Position numbers and translations under genes: made by a program. A DNA stretch of 64,000 nucleotides, taken from assembly GCA_964035575.1 (NCBI GenBank), contig OZ037840.1, positions 1,798,001 to 1,862,000 on the forward strand, written 5' to 3'. A model generated the notes under the pieces. It made no database searches. It was not told the DNA's origin and saw nothing but the letters and a program-made list of their open reading frames with translations. Shown here piece after piece: positions 1-10,732 of this stretch. How positions within the stretch are numbered: the first letter of the stretch is position 1; each line of letters opens with the position of its first letter. This DNA is from Rhynchopus sp. YZ270_cl-10 (lineage: Eukaryota).

Positions 1-227
1 CCACCCGGCCAGCTATCCCAGGGAACAGCCACAGATGACATAGTTTTTTTTTTTTTTTTTTTTTTTTTCAAACCCCAAAAGTCCCGAAAACCCCGAAAAA
101 CCCGCGTCCTGAAGTACGGTGGAGAGGTGGAGCACAAGGGGGGAAGGGGAAAACGGTAAAACTCATGACCACCGACGAGCGCGTCTTTCATTTCCAGACG
201 TATTGCATACTCGTACAAAAATAAAAA

Positions 228-686
228 CATTTTTTTTGCACGAATTTAATTTATTGTGTGAAAGCACATCCTACTTGTGCCTCCACTGTCACAAAGCAAG
301 GACTTTCACAAGAAGTGAACAATACCCCCATCACCCATAAAACACTCCGGTAGTGCTTTCCTATCACTTCGAAAAAGGTGTTTTAGTTCCCTCCCAATTC
401 CCTGTCTGAACTACCGAAAGGAACTAAAAAAGCACACCGTTCAACAGTTTTTTTTAACTCCTCGTATCACCTCAGAAGCATAGCTTTTGTCCCACAATTT
501 CATCAGCACAGTTTTTACGCTCATCATGCTTCGAAACACCACCACCCAACAGGTGAGATAGTGTGTCTGGAAGTGTCAACGCATTCAGCAACTACAAGAA
601 CAGGAGGTGAACGACAAGTGAGACTTCCCGTGACACACTCACCCCCACATTTCACCACTTCCAGGAATTCCACTTCAGCAATCAAT
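228..686 (+). repeat. Duplicated upstream block (copies at ~10270-10732 and, truncated, ~14372-14575)
   Basis: TTTGCACGAATTTAATTT...GTGTGAAAGCACATCCTACTTGTGCCTCCACTGTCACAAAGCAAGGACTTTCAC... is present at all three places. Confidence 0.9.
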
Positions 687-3600
687 ATGTTACTAACAGC
701 AGCCTTGCTAACTGTGGTGTCCACAGCACTAACGTGCACGGAACACTCCCCATCCTCCTGTGCCGAGGTGCAAGGCTGCATCTGGGACGATGGTCTCTCG
801 CTCTGTGTCGACACAGCTTCACTCACAAAGCAGAATGCCAGTTGTGCGTCCATCACTACGAGTGTCAATTGTAGTGCCGAGGGCTGTCACTGGACAAACC
901 ACGGCTGTGTCGTTGACAACACCACATGCGTATCCCTGAACTTCACCGACTGCATTCTTGACAGCAACTGCACATGGGACAACTCCACCGACACCTGCTT
1001 TGATGGAAACATGACCTGTGGAGACATCGTGAACGCTACCACCTGTGTTGACGCGAACTGCACATGGACAGGACAGGACTGTGTTGATGCAAATGCGACG
1101 TGCAACTCCTTCAACTACGTCGACTGCGTGTCCGACACCAACTGCACTTGGGACTACAACATTAATGAGTGTTTCGATGCCAACCAGACGTGTGACGACA
1201 TCACAAACTTCATGTTCTGCGTTGACTCTGGATGCACATGGATCGGAAACCACTGTGCTGACGGGAACACATCTTGTCCTGAGAGGGATCTGTGGAGCTG
1301 TGCACGTGACAGCAACTGCACTTGGGACAGGTACACGAACACTTGTTTGGATGTGAACACGACGTGTCCGAGCTACGTGAAGACGTGGACGTGTGCCGCT
1401 CAGCCAAACTGCACATGGTCAGACCACGGCTGTGTGGTTGACAACACCACATGCGCGTTCCTGAACTTCACCGACTGCATTCTTGACAGCAACTGCACAT
1501 GGGACAACTCCACCGACACTTGCTTTGATGGAAACATGACCTGTGGAGACATCGTGAACGCTACCACCTGTGTTGACGCGAACTGCACATGGACAGGACA
1601 GGACTGCGTTGATGCAAATGCGACGTGCAACTCCTTCAACTACGTCGACTGCGTGTCCGACACCAACTGCACTTGGGACTACAACATTAATGAGTGTTTC
1701 GATGCCAACCAGACGTGCGACGACATCACAAACTTCATGTTCTGCGTTGATTCTGGATGCACATGGATCGGAAACCACTGTGCTGACGGAAACACATCTT
1801 GTCCTGAGAGGGATCTGTGGAGCTGTGCACGTGACAGCAACTGCACTTGGGACAGGTACACGAACACTTGTTTGGATGTGAACACGACGTGTCCGAGCTA
1901 CGTGAAGACGTGGACGTGTGCCGCTCAGCCAAACTGCACATGGTCAGACCACGGCTGTGTGGTTGACAACACCACATGCGCGTTCCTGAACTTCACCGAC
2001 TGCATTCTTGACAGCAACTGCACATGGGACAACTCCACCGACACTTGCTTTGATGGAAACATGACCTGTGGAGACATCGTGAACGCTACCACCTGTGTTG
2101 ACGCGAACTGCACATGGACAGGACAGGACTGCGTTGATGCAAATGCGACGTGCAACTCCTTCAACTACGTCGACTGCGTGTCCGACACCAACTGCACTTG
2201 GGACTACAACATTAATGAGTGTTTCGATGCCAACCAGACGTGTGACGACATCACAAACTTCATGTTCTGCGTTGACTCTGGATGCACTTGGATCGGAAAC
2301 CACTGTGCTGACGGAAACACATCTTGTCCTGAGAGGGATCTGTGGAGCTGTGCACGTGACAGCAACTGCACTTGGGACAGGTACACGAACACTTGTTTGG
2401 ATGTGAACACGACGTGTCCGAGCTACGTGAAGACGTGGACGTGTGCCGCTCAGCCAAACTGCACATGGTCAGACCACGGCTGTGTTGAGGACAACACCAC
2501 ATGCGCGTTCCTGAACTTCACCGACTGCATTCTTGACAGCAACTGCACATGGGACAACTCCACCGACACCTGCTTTGACGGAAACAAGACCTGTGGAGAC
2601 ATCATGAACGCCACCACCTGTGTTGACGCGAACTGCACATGGACAGGACAGGACTGTGTTGATGCAAATGCGACGTGCAACTCCTTCAACTTCGTCGACT
2701 GCGTGTCCGACACCAACTGCACTTGGGACTACAACATTAATGAGTGTTTCGATGCCAACCAGACGTGTGACGACATCACAAACTTCATGTTCTGCGTTGA
2801 CTCTGGATGCACTTGGATCGGAAACCACTGTGCTGACGGGAACACATCTTGTCCTGACAGGGATATGTGGAGCTGTGCACGTGACAGCAACTGCACTTGG
2901 GACAGGTACACGAACACTTGTTTGGATGTGAACACGACGTGTCCGAGCTACGTGAAGACGTGGACGTGTGCCGCTCAGCCAAACTGCACATGGTCAGACC
3001 ACGGCTGTGTGGTTGACAACACCACATGCGCGTTCCTGAACTTCACCGACTGCATTCTTGACAGCAACTGCACATGGGACAACTCCACCGACACCTGCTT
3101 TGATGGAAACATGACCTGTGGAGACATCATGAACGCCACCACCTGTGTTGACGCGAACTGCACATGGACAGGACAGGACTGCGTTGATGCAAATGCGACG
3201 TGCAACTCCTTCAACTACGTCGACTGCGTGTCCGACACCAACTGCACTTGGGACTACAACATTAATGAGTGTTTCGATGCCAACCAGACGTGCGACGACA
3301 TCACAAACTTCATGTTCTGCGTTGATTCTGGATGCACTTGGATCGGAAACCACTGTGCTGACGGAAACACATCTTGTCCTGAGAGGGATCTGTGGAGCTG
3401 TGCACGTGACAGCAACTGCACTTGGGATAGGTACACGAACACTTGTTTGGATGTGAACACGACGTGTCCGAGCTACGTGAAGACATGGACGTGTGCCGCT
3501 CAGCCAAACTGCACATGGTCAGACCACGGCTGTGTGGTTGACAACACCACATGCGCGTTCTTGAACTTCACCGACTGCATTCTTGACAGCAACTGCACAT

Positions 3601-4100
3601 GGGACAACTCCACCGACACCTGCTTTGATGGAAACATGACCTGTGGCGACATCATGAACGCTACCACCTGTGTTGACGCGAACTGCACATGGACAGGACA
3701 GGACTGCGTTGATGCAAATGGGACGTGTGCTGATTTTGATGGTGCGACCCTTTGTGGTCGTGACTCCCATTGTGTGTGGTCAGGGACGTACTGTGCCTCC
3801 CGGAACCCCTGCGCTCTGCACAGCGGAGGGCACGAGTGCACAGACCACGGCTGTTCGTGGTCCGCTGGTGAGTGCAAGCAGTCTGACAGCCTGCCTGTTT
3901 GGGTACTGCCTCTCAGTATTGCTGGTGGTGTGGCGCTGTTGGGAGTGGCGGCTGCGCTGGTGGTGATGAAGTACCGTACCGACAGGACTGTCTTTTCTTC
4001 ACATGCTAAGTTGGATGATCTGGAGCACCTACGCGAGCTCAGTGTGAACGATGTGTACGACAGTGAGAACGTGGTGTGTTATGAAGTAGCTGCATCGTAA
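687..4100 (+). CDS. Cys-rich tandem-repeat type I membrane (surface) glycoprotein, paralog 1
   Basis: ORF 561..4100. The first ATG (687, MLLTAALLTVVSTA) matches the paralog's start and reads as a signal peptide. About 29-aa C..C..C..CxW modules with many N-x-T/S sequons, a C-terminal TM (VWVLPLSIAGGVALLGVAAALVVM) and a short tail. Confidence 0.9.
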   Translation: MLLTAALLTVVSTALTCTEHSPSSCAEVQGCIWDDGLSLCVDTASLTKQNASCASITTSVNCSAEGCHWTNHGCVVDNTTCVSLNFTDCILDSNCTWDNSTDTCFDGNMTCGDIVNATTCVDANCTWTGQDCVDANATCNSFNYVDCVSDTNCTWDYNINECFDANQTCDDITNFMFCVDSGCTWIGNHCADGNTSCPERDLWSCARDSNCTWDRYTNTCLDVNTTCPSYVKTWTCAAQPNCTWSDHGCVVDNTTCAFLNFTDCILDSNCTWDNSTDTCFDGNMTCGDIVNATTCVDANCTWTGQDCVDANATCNSFNYVDCVSDTNCTWDYNINECFDANQTCDDITNFMFCVDSGCTWIGNHCADGNTSCPERDLWSCARDSNCTWDRYTNTCLDVNTTCPSYVKTWTCAAQPNCTWSDHGCVVDNTTCAFLNFTDCILDSNCTWDNSTDTCFDGNMTCGDIVNATTCVDANCTWTGQDCVDANATCNSFNYVDCVSDTNCTWDYNINECFDANQTCDDITNFMFCVDSGCTWIGNHCADGNTSCPERDLWSCARDSNCTWDRYTNTCLDVNTTCPSYVKTWTCAAQPNCTWSDHGCVEDNTTCAFLNFTDCILDSNCTWDNSTDTCFDGNKTCGDIMNATTCVDANCTWTGQDCVDANATCNSFNFVDCVSDTNCTWDYNINECFDANQTCDDITNFMFCVDSGCTWIGNHCADGNTSCPDRDMWSCARDSNCTWDRYTNTCLDVNTTCPSYVKTWTCAAQPNCTWSDHGCVVDNTTCAFLNFTDCILDSNCTWDNSTDTCFDGNMTCGDIMNATTCVDANCTWTGQDCVDANATCNSFNYVDCVSDTNCTWDYNINECFDANQTCDDITNFMFCVDSGCTWIGNHCADGNTSCPERDLWSCARDSNCTWDRYTNTCLDVNTTCPSYVKTWTCAAQPNCTWSDHGCVVDNTTCAFLNFTDCILDSNCTWDNSTDTCFDGNMTCGDIMNATTCVDANCTWTGQDCVDANGTCADFDGATLCGRDSHCVWSGTYCASRNPCALHSGGHECTDHGCSWSAGECKQSDSLPVWVLPLSIAGGVALLGVAAALVVMKYRTDRTVFSSHAKLDDLEHLRELSVNDVYDSENVVCYEVAAS
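898..3725 (+). repeat. Coding tandem repeat, 525-bp (175-aa) unit, 5 full copies plus a partial
   Basis: CADGNTSC recurs at 525-bp spacing (about 1255, 1780, 2305, 2830, 3355); units nearly identical in DNA. Confidence 0.95.
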
Positions 4101-5056
4101 GCGCAGTGTTGCTCAGCCACAGACACAAACAATGCTTGTGTATGTTTATTTACGTGTCTTGTACGTGTACCTTTTTACGTTGATCCATGGAACACTTGAA
4201 ATATCATTTTTGATAAAAATCGTCTTCAATAAATTGTCCCCACTAATCCCTGTAGCCACATAGATAGCAAGGTGAGCTTCTTGTTTGTGGGGTTATTTGT
4301 CTCTGTCTGCCTCAATTTTCTGCACAGTTCCTTTTGAGAATTTTCGGAAAATAATTTTATTTCTTCTTTTTGTGTCTGTGAAACTTGTCCTTTATATTTT
4401 TGTTGTGTGTGACCGTTTTCCATAATATTATGACCAGATACTCAGATGCAGAGTAAGAGACAGAGATGTCACCTTCTGCACGGTTTGTTTTCCAATGTTG
4501 TGTTTGCCTCGTTGACTTGTCCACTGACACGTTGACTTTTGGATATCCCTGGACACAACATGGTTCGGTCATATTTTTTATTTTTGTGTTCTATTTTTTC
4601 GTGTGCACAGGCATGTTAATCTTCCAGCGTTCATCTTTCTTTGCTTTCACACCGCTAACTGCAGTGCATGTTTTCTAAAAGCAGAGCACGTTTTGTTATC
4701 ATTTTTATATAGACAGCAGTACGGAGGGTTTTTACCCCTCCGATGTTTCTTGTACTGCTGCACTCTATAGCACCCCTTAATACTACAATGTACGTCATAT
4801 TCTGCACATACAGTAAGACAACAAACACCGGGTAGGGTTCAAACTCAGTATTTTAGGATTTCAAAAACTCAGGAGGATTTTTACCCACCAATGTTTTTTC
4901 CCTTTTTGGAGGTGAGAATTTTTTGATTTTTTGGTTTCATATATTTTCCATGACCAAAATTCATATCATGCCCACGGGTAAAAACATGAGTAGGGGTAGG
5001 AACATAGGTGGGGTATAAAACACCGGGTGGGTATTTGGGGTTTCAAAAAACTCTAA

Positions 5057-5275
5057 CTTAGACCATCGTAGTCCGCCAAAATTAAATTCTGATGCAATAA
5101 AATTCCACCAAGACCCGCCCGAGTTGAGACGGACTTTAGGCGGACTTTTGACTGAGTCCGCTAAGTCAAGTCTCAAGTCCACCCGAGCTTTGGCAGACTT
5201 AAGACGGACTATGACGGACTTTGAAAGTCCGCCATAGTCCATCTCAACTCAGGCGGACTGCGAAGTGTGTTAGAC
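5057..5275. mobile_element. Degenerate foldback/MITE-like element with GGACT/AGTCC motifs
   Basis: GAGTTGAGACGGACTTTAGGCGGACTTT (5121) is an imperfect inverted repeat of AAAGTCCGCCATAGTCCATCTCAACTC (ending 5250); outer pair TCGTAGTCCGCC / GGCGGACTGCGA. No clear TSD. Confidence 0.55.
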
Positions 5276-6238
5276 TTAAGGTGGGTTTTTACCTGACCGA
5301 TGTTTGTTGTCTTTGCTGTATTTGCGGGCTCTATTTTGCATTGATGTCTTGCCTCCACACAGCGTTTGCATTCATGTATTGCATGAGCTCGACCCAGATG
5401 CGTTTGAACTGCCCCCTGGTATACGCAGATGGGGTGTCTTTTCTCCCCCCTGAATTTTGTCTCGAAAAATGGCTTTCTCCTCTTTTCTCGCTGTCTTCCT
5501 TGGAGCAAGTCATTTTTTTTTGAGACAAAAGGTTGTTGACGTATGCTTCAATAATAATTTTTCACTTGAAAGGTTGTTGGGGGTACACCTGATAGCCACG
5601 TCGCAGATTATTAATTTTTTTACGGACATGATTTGATCATTTTTTTTTAAAACGAAACTATTTTGAGATATTTTTTGGACATAAATTTTAATAACGTGTC
5701 GAAACTTTTTTTCAAGATGCGAGGAAAGATCACACCACCCTGTCGAACGGTCGTATTCCTCTATTGCCACGTGCCCACATGCCGTGGTCAATGAGAGTAT
5801 TTTTGTCCGGGGCTCAGAGTGTGTGTGTTTTGCTTGCTTTTGTACCATCAACATTTTATTTTGTTTTCCCTCCCTTTGTCTTTAATGCGTGCGCAACGCC
5901 AACACAGATTGGTTTGCACCCCATCCCCGTTTATTGTTGAGAATTTTTTTAAAAAAACTATTTTCTTTTCTTTTTCTGATGATCTTGCTCGCGGTGCTTA
6001 CGATCGTATCAGTAGTGGTGTGTGAGCAGTTCCTGCCGTTTCTCTGCCATCATTCAACGTTTTTAAGCGGCATTTTTATACATCCTCGTGCAAACGCATC
6101 ACAAAAGTAGTCCACCAGTACGTGGGCAGTTTCCCCAGCACAGCACATCGGCTTTGTTTGATATTTATTTATTTTCGAACAGGTTTAAAAAATAAAACTT
6201 GTTACGAAAAACTTTGCTCGAAGGTGTATTTACCGCTA

Positions 6239-6441
6239 CCTACCCTCCCCTGTGTATATGTCCGGCGCTTTCTGAAAAATTTCCGGACATATACACATAT
6301 GAGCGGAGATGCCCCGCCAACGTACCGGACCGAAAGCTCGGAATGGGGTTTTGCCGCTGCACACTGTAGTATACTACCTGATGTCCGGCATGTGCATATA
6401 TGTCCGAAAACACGTATACACGTATACACGGGGAGGGTAGG
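6239..6441. mobile_element. 203-bp MITE with TA TSD (Tc1/mariner-type)
   Basis: TA|CCTACCCTCCCCTGTGTATA ... TATACACGGGGAGGGTAGG|TA. Confidence 0.85.
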
Positions 6442-7209
6442 TATTTCTTTGTCTATGCCAACATCAAATTTATTTTCGAAGGAACACAAAACGGTGTAGA
6501 CACCTCTCCTGGCCGTGGGGTGGGTTTCTTTTCCCTTTTTCTTTTTTTGACAATGATTTTCCGCGTGAAGAACGGAGTACCAAACAGCTTGGGGTTCTTC
6601 GTGCAAAGGCTTTTCATTTGTTTGGTGCTTTCGGAAATCGGTCCACGACCTGTCAATATACCTGTCAATATCGACCCCTCCTGGAGCACCATCGTTAAAA
6701 TAATAAAAACCCCTTTCATCTTTTGTTTAGTTGGTACGCTACCCACGTCATACGCCAAAACGTCCAGAAAAGGATGTCAAAAGGGGGAAAAACCCTTAGC
6801 CTGAAGTACAGAAATGAGGTGAGTGCACAATAATAGGGGAAAGGAATAAACTACAAGTCTCAGATGTTTTAATCATTTCCCACCACAAAGTATTTGTCCT
6901 AATATAATTTTTTCAAGGTGACTAAGCACGAGAGGTTTTCAATGTTCAAAACATTAAGTAATCTAATCAGACTAAGCACGAGAGGCTTAGGTTCATCTTA
7001 TAAACTTTTGAAAAACATTTTTTTTTTGACTCCTCTAAATTCATACATAGCGTGCGAACGGCTCATTCGCATCATTCGCATCCTGTTCGCATTGGGTATT
7101 CGCATCCTGTTCGCATTGGCCAATGCGAACAGGAAGCGAATGACATGCGAATAACATTTATTATGGGGTGGCGACAGGCAAGTTCTCATTTTTTGGTCAA
7201 TTTCCGCAC

Positions 7210-7500
7210 TACACAGTACACACAGTACACACAATATACACAGTATACACAGTATACACAGTATACACAGTATACACAGTATACACAGTATACACAGTAT
7301 ACACAGTATACACAGTATACACAGTATACACAGTATACACAGTATACACAGTATACACAGTATACACAGTATACACAGTATACACAGTATACACAGTATA
7401 CACAGTATACACAGTATACACAGTATACACAGTATACACAGTATACACAGTATACACAGTATACACAGTATACACAGTATACACAGTATACACAGTATAC
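7210..7500 (+). repeat. (TATACACAG)n microsatellite, 29 perfect units preceded by three variant units
   Basis: Read directly: TACACAG, TACACACAG, TACACACAA, then TATACACAG from 7235. Confidence 0.97.
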
Positions 7501-7809
7501 CATAGCTGATAAGCTAATAAAGCCTAATAGGATATTAGCCTATTTAAGCCTTATAGAATAGGCTAATGAAACTGGAATAGGCTAATATTTTATTAGCCTA
7601 TTCCAGTCCTTCCCAGCTACCACTGGTGGTACGGTGGTAGCTGGCTTAACCCGTTAAACAAATCCGAAAAATCCAAAATTTAAGGCCAACTCCGTTACAG
7701 ACACAACACAACTTATTTCTCTTGTGTTTTTCACTGATGAGCGTGAGTGAGGTGTATGTTACAGCACCGACTGCAGCCTACGTCTAAGATGGCATATAAT
7801 ATGCTATTA

Positions 7810-8212
7810 GGGCACGGTAATTTTTTTTCTTGGTAAGCGTCAGACCACTTCTCAAAAAAAAGTACGCACGCACGCAAAAAAAAATTATGCAGTAAAAAAA
7901 ATTATGAGTGGTGAAAAAAATTATAGGGGAAAATTACAGTGGGGGAAATACAGGTACCAAAAATATTTTCCCACCAATTTTTGCCACAAAAAATCGGGGG
8001 AAATTTTTTTTGATTTCGGCTCTCGGGAGTCTGTGTGTGCTGTGATGGGGTCAATTTGCGCTGAAAAATGTACATTTTTTACCTAAAATACATAGTTGAG
8101 TTATTGAGGGCCCCCCTTTATAATTTTTTTTTCTACATAATTTTTTTCCCTGGAATCTCAAAAAAAAAAGTACGCACGCAGACGCTTACCAAAAATAAAA
8201 ATTACCGTGCCC
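7810..8212. mobile_element. PIF/Harbinger (Tourist-like) MITE, 403 bp, TTA TSD
   Basis: TTA|GGGCACGGTAATTTTTTTTCTTGGTAAGCGTC ... GACGCTTACCAAAAATAAAAATTACCGTGCCC|TTA; a 3-bp TTA TSD and GGGC termini are typical of the superfamily. Confidence 0.88.
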
Positions 8213-8308
8213 TTAGCCCAATATTAGCCTATTATAAGACATACTGTGGGTGTTATAACGTTATCGATAACGTTATAACAAGTGTTATTTTGGAATAACG
8301 TTATTCAG

Positions 8309-8723
8309 CAGTACAGTACAGTACAGTACAGTACAGTACAGTACAGTACAGTACAGTACAGTACAGTACAGTACAGTACAGTACAGTACAGTACAGTACA
8401 GTACAGTACAGTACAGTACAGTACAGTACAGTACAGTACAGTACAGTACAGTACAGTACAGTACAGTACAGTACAGTACAGTACAGTACAGTACAGTACA
8501 GTACAGTACAGTACAGTACAGTACAGTACAGTACAGTACAGTACAGTACAGTACAGTACAGTACAGTACAGTACAGTACAGTACAGTACAGTACAGTACA
8601 GTACAGTACAGTACAGTACAGTACAGTACAGTACAGTACAGTACAGTACAGTACAGTACAGTACAGTACAGTACAGTACAGTACAGTACAGTACAGTACA
8701 GTACAGTACAGTACAGTACAGTA
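8309..8723 (+). repeat. (CAGTA)n microsatellite, ~83 perfect units
   Basis: Read directly. Confidence 0.97.
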
Positions 8724-9448
8724 CCCCTGCTAACGACCCACCCAGAGTGGGACAAAAAAAGCTCATCCCAAAATATGCCGATCACAAAAAATCACAAAAA
8801 ACCCCGATCATCCAACAATCACACACCCACAGAATTCACACACTACTATAACATTCGCACTACGTTCGCATCATTCGCACTATGTTCGCACTGTGTTCGC
8901 ACTGTGTTCGCATCGTTCGCATCATTCGCACATGCGAATATAGTGCGAATATAGTGCGAATGATGCGAATGATGCGAACGACAATGCGAATGAATGCGAA
9001 CAGGATGCGAATGCATTCGCACATGCGAATATATGCGAATGGTCATTCGCACGCTATGTATGTCTAATGAAGGGGTTCATAATAATCTTCTGAGAATCTC
9101 GATATTACGCACAATCCTGATACCTTCAGAGCAAGTCAGAAGCACTAATGTAATGATAATGCACGACAGTTTTTTTTTTGTCCTACTCTTCACTGGACAC
9201 TTTCTTTGTCTTTTTGGGGCAGCTTTTGTGGGTCGTCTGTGGCGACTCTACATCATGCTCTCTGAATCCCCCAATGACAAAGCACAGCTGAGGATCGTCG
9301 AAAAACGAATTTTCACATAATATAATTGGCACGTTGCCCAACTTTTTTTATGTACTTTTGAGCTACATTTTACATCAATTTGACTTTTTCTTCGGCGTGC
9401 ACTTGGTGTGGCACGTTTAACAAATTTTTGGTTCACATTTCAACTACA

Positions 9449-9884
9449 CCACCTGATTCCGGGAAATCAACATACCCCCAAACGCCCCCATACGGCCCCC
9501 ATACGCCCCCAAACGCCCCCAAACTCACCCCAATTTTTTTGGAAAAAAAGTTTTTCCAAACGTGTACGTGTACGTGTACGTGTACGTGTACGTGTACGTG
9601 TACGTGTACGTGTACGTGTACGTGTACGTGTACGTGTACGTGTACGTGTACGTGTACGTGTACGTGTACGTGTACGTGTACGTGTACGTGTACGTGTACG
9701 TGTACGTGTACGTGTACGTGTACGTGTACGTGTACGTGTCCTGTGTACTCCCGCGCCTGCCCCCACACTGGGACCCCAACCAAAAAATAGTACCCGCCCC
9801 CAAACGCCCCCATACGCCCCTATACGCCCCCATACGCCCCCATACACCCCCATACGCCCCCAAACTCACCCCCGAATCAGGTGG
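9449..9884. mobile_element. 436-bp TIR element with 5-bp TSD (CTACA) and central microsatellite
   Basis: CTACA|CCACCTGATTC ... GAATCAGGTGG|CTACA; CCCCCATACG-type 10-mers in direct orientation near both ends. Lies inside an outer 13-bp inverted repeat (9403-9415 / 9924-9936). Confidence 0.82.
9560..9739 (+). repeat. (TACGTG)n microsatellite, ~30 units
   Basis: Read directly. Confidence 0.97.
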
Positions 9885-10732
9885 CTACATATGAGGTCCA
9901 TTAAATTGACATAATTATTGGGGCGTGCCACACCAAATATTATACATTGCTTCTGAACTTCCAAGCGTTGATGAGAACTTGTTGAGTTTTCGTTTCACAC
10001 ATTAATACGGAACTCAACAGAGCGTTAATATCTTGATCAAGAAGCCCCGACGCACTTTTATGCAAAAAAGAGGAATTTTTCTTCCGCGTCCTCCCCCGTT
10101 TCTTTTTTTTTTTGAAAGCAATTTCCCCCCTCAGTTCACAACATTCCCGTAAAACATTCTTTTTTATCCCGACAATCTTCTCTCAATCGTTACTCTTTTA
10201 ATATTTTTAAAAACAAACCAAAAGGCAACAAAAACAAAAAACGCGTGTTCTTTTTTTCGCGAAAAAGTATTTTTTTTTTTGCACGAATTTAATTTATTGT
10301 GTGAAAGCACATCCTACTTGTGCCTCCACTGTCACAAAGCAAGGACTTTCACAAAAAGTGAACAAAACCCCCATCACCCATAAAACACTCCACCTGGTGA
10401 CCAGTGCTTTCCTGTCACTTCGAATACGGTGTTTTAGTTCCCTCCCAATTCCCTGTCTGAACTACCGAAGGGACTAAAAAAGCACACCGTTCCACAGTTT
10501 TTTTTAACTCCTCGTATCACCTCAGAAGCATAGCTTTTGTCCCACAATTTCATCAGCACAGTTTTTACGCTCATCATGCTTCGAAACACCACCACCCAAC
10601 AGGTGAGATAGTGTGTCTGGAAGTGTCAACGCATCCAGCAACCACAAGAGGGAGTGAACGACAAGTTAAACTTCCCGTGGCAAACGCACACCACATTTCA
10701 CCACTTCCAGGAATTCCACTTCAGCAATCAAT

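Larger units (their letters stand above)
7046..9058. mobile_element. Non-autonomous TIR element with TA TSD carrying nested insertions and two microsatellites
   Basis: TA|CATAGCGTGCGAACGGCTCATTCGCAT ... ATGCGAATGGTCATTCGCACGCTATG|TA; dense TTCGCA/TGCGAA subterminal motifs at 7050-7150 and 8850-9050. Confidence 0.85.

Noticed and set aside
44..68. T25 run as a retroposon poly(A) tail
   Set aside because: No TSD or element body could be established, and T runs are common in this window.
553..664. Possible short 5'-UTR intron (GTGAGA...TTCCAG)
   Set aside because: Cannot be distinguished from alternative trans-splice acceptors without transcripts, and the donor at 618 is poorly conserved in the paralog.
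8309..8723. Arrays as telomeric repeats
   Set aside because: They are interstitial, have five different units, and none is TTAGGG-like.
8234..8832. 10-bp inverted repeat CTGTGGGTGT / ACACCCACAG around the CAGTA array
   Set aside because: Short, in CA-rich sequence and without a TSD, so it may be chance.
7052..9914. ORFs of repeated TQY, QYSTV, TC/RV/YV
   Set aside because: They are translations of stop-free microsatellites inside transposons, open in most frames on both strands.
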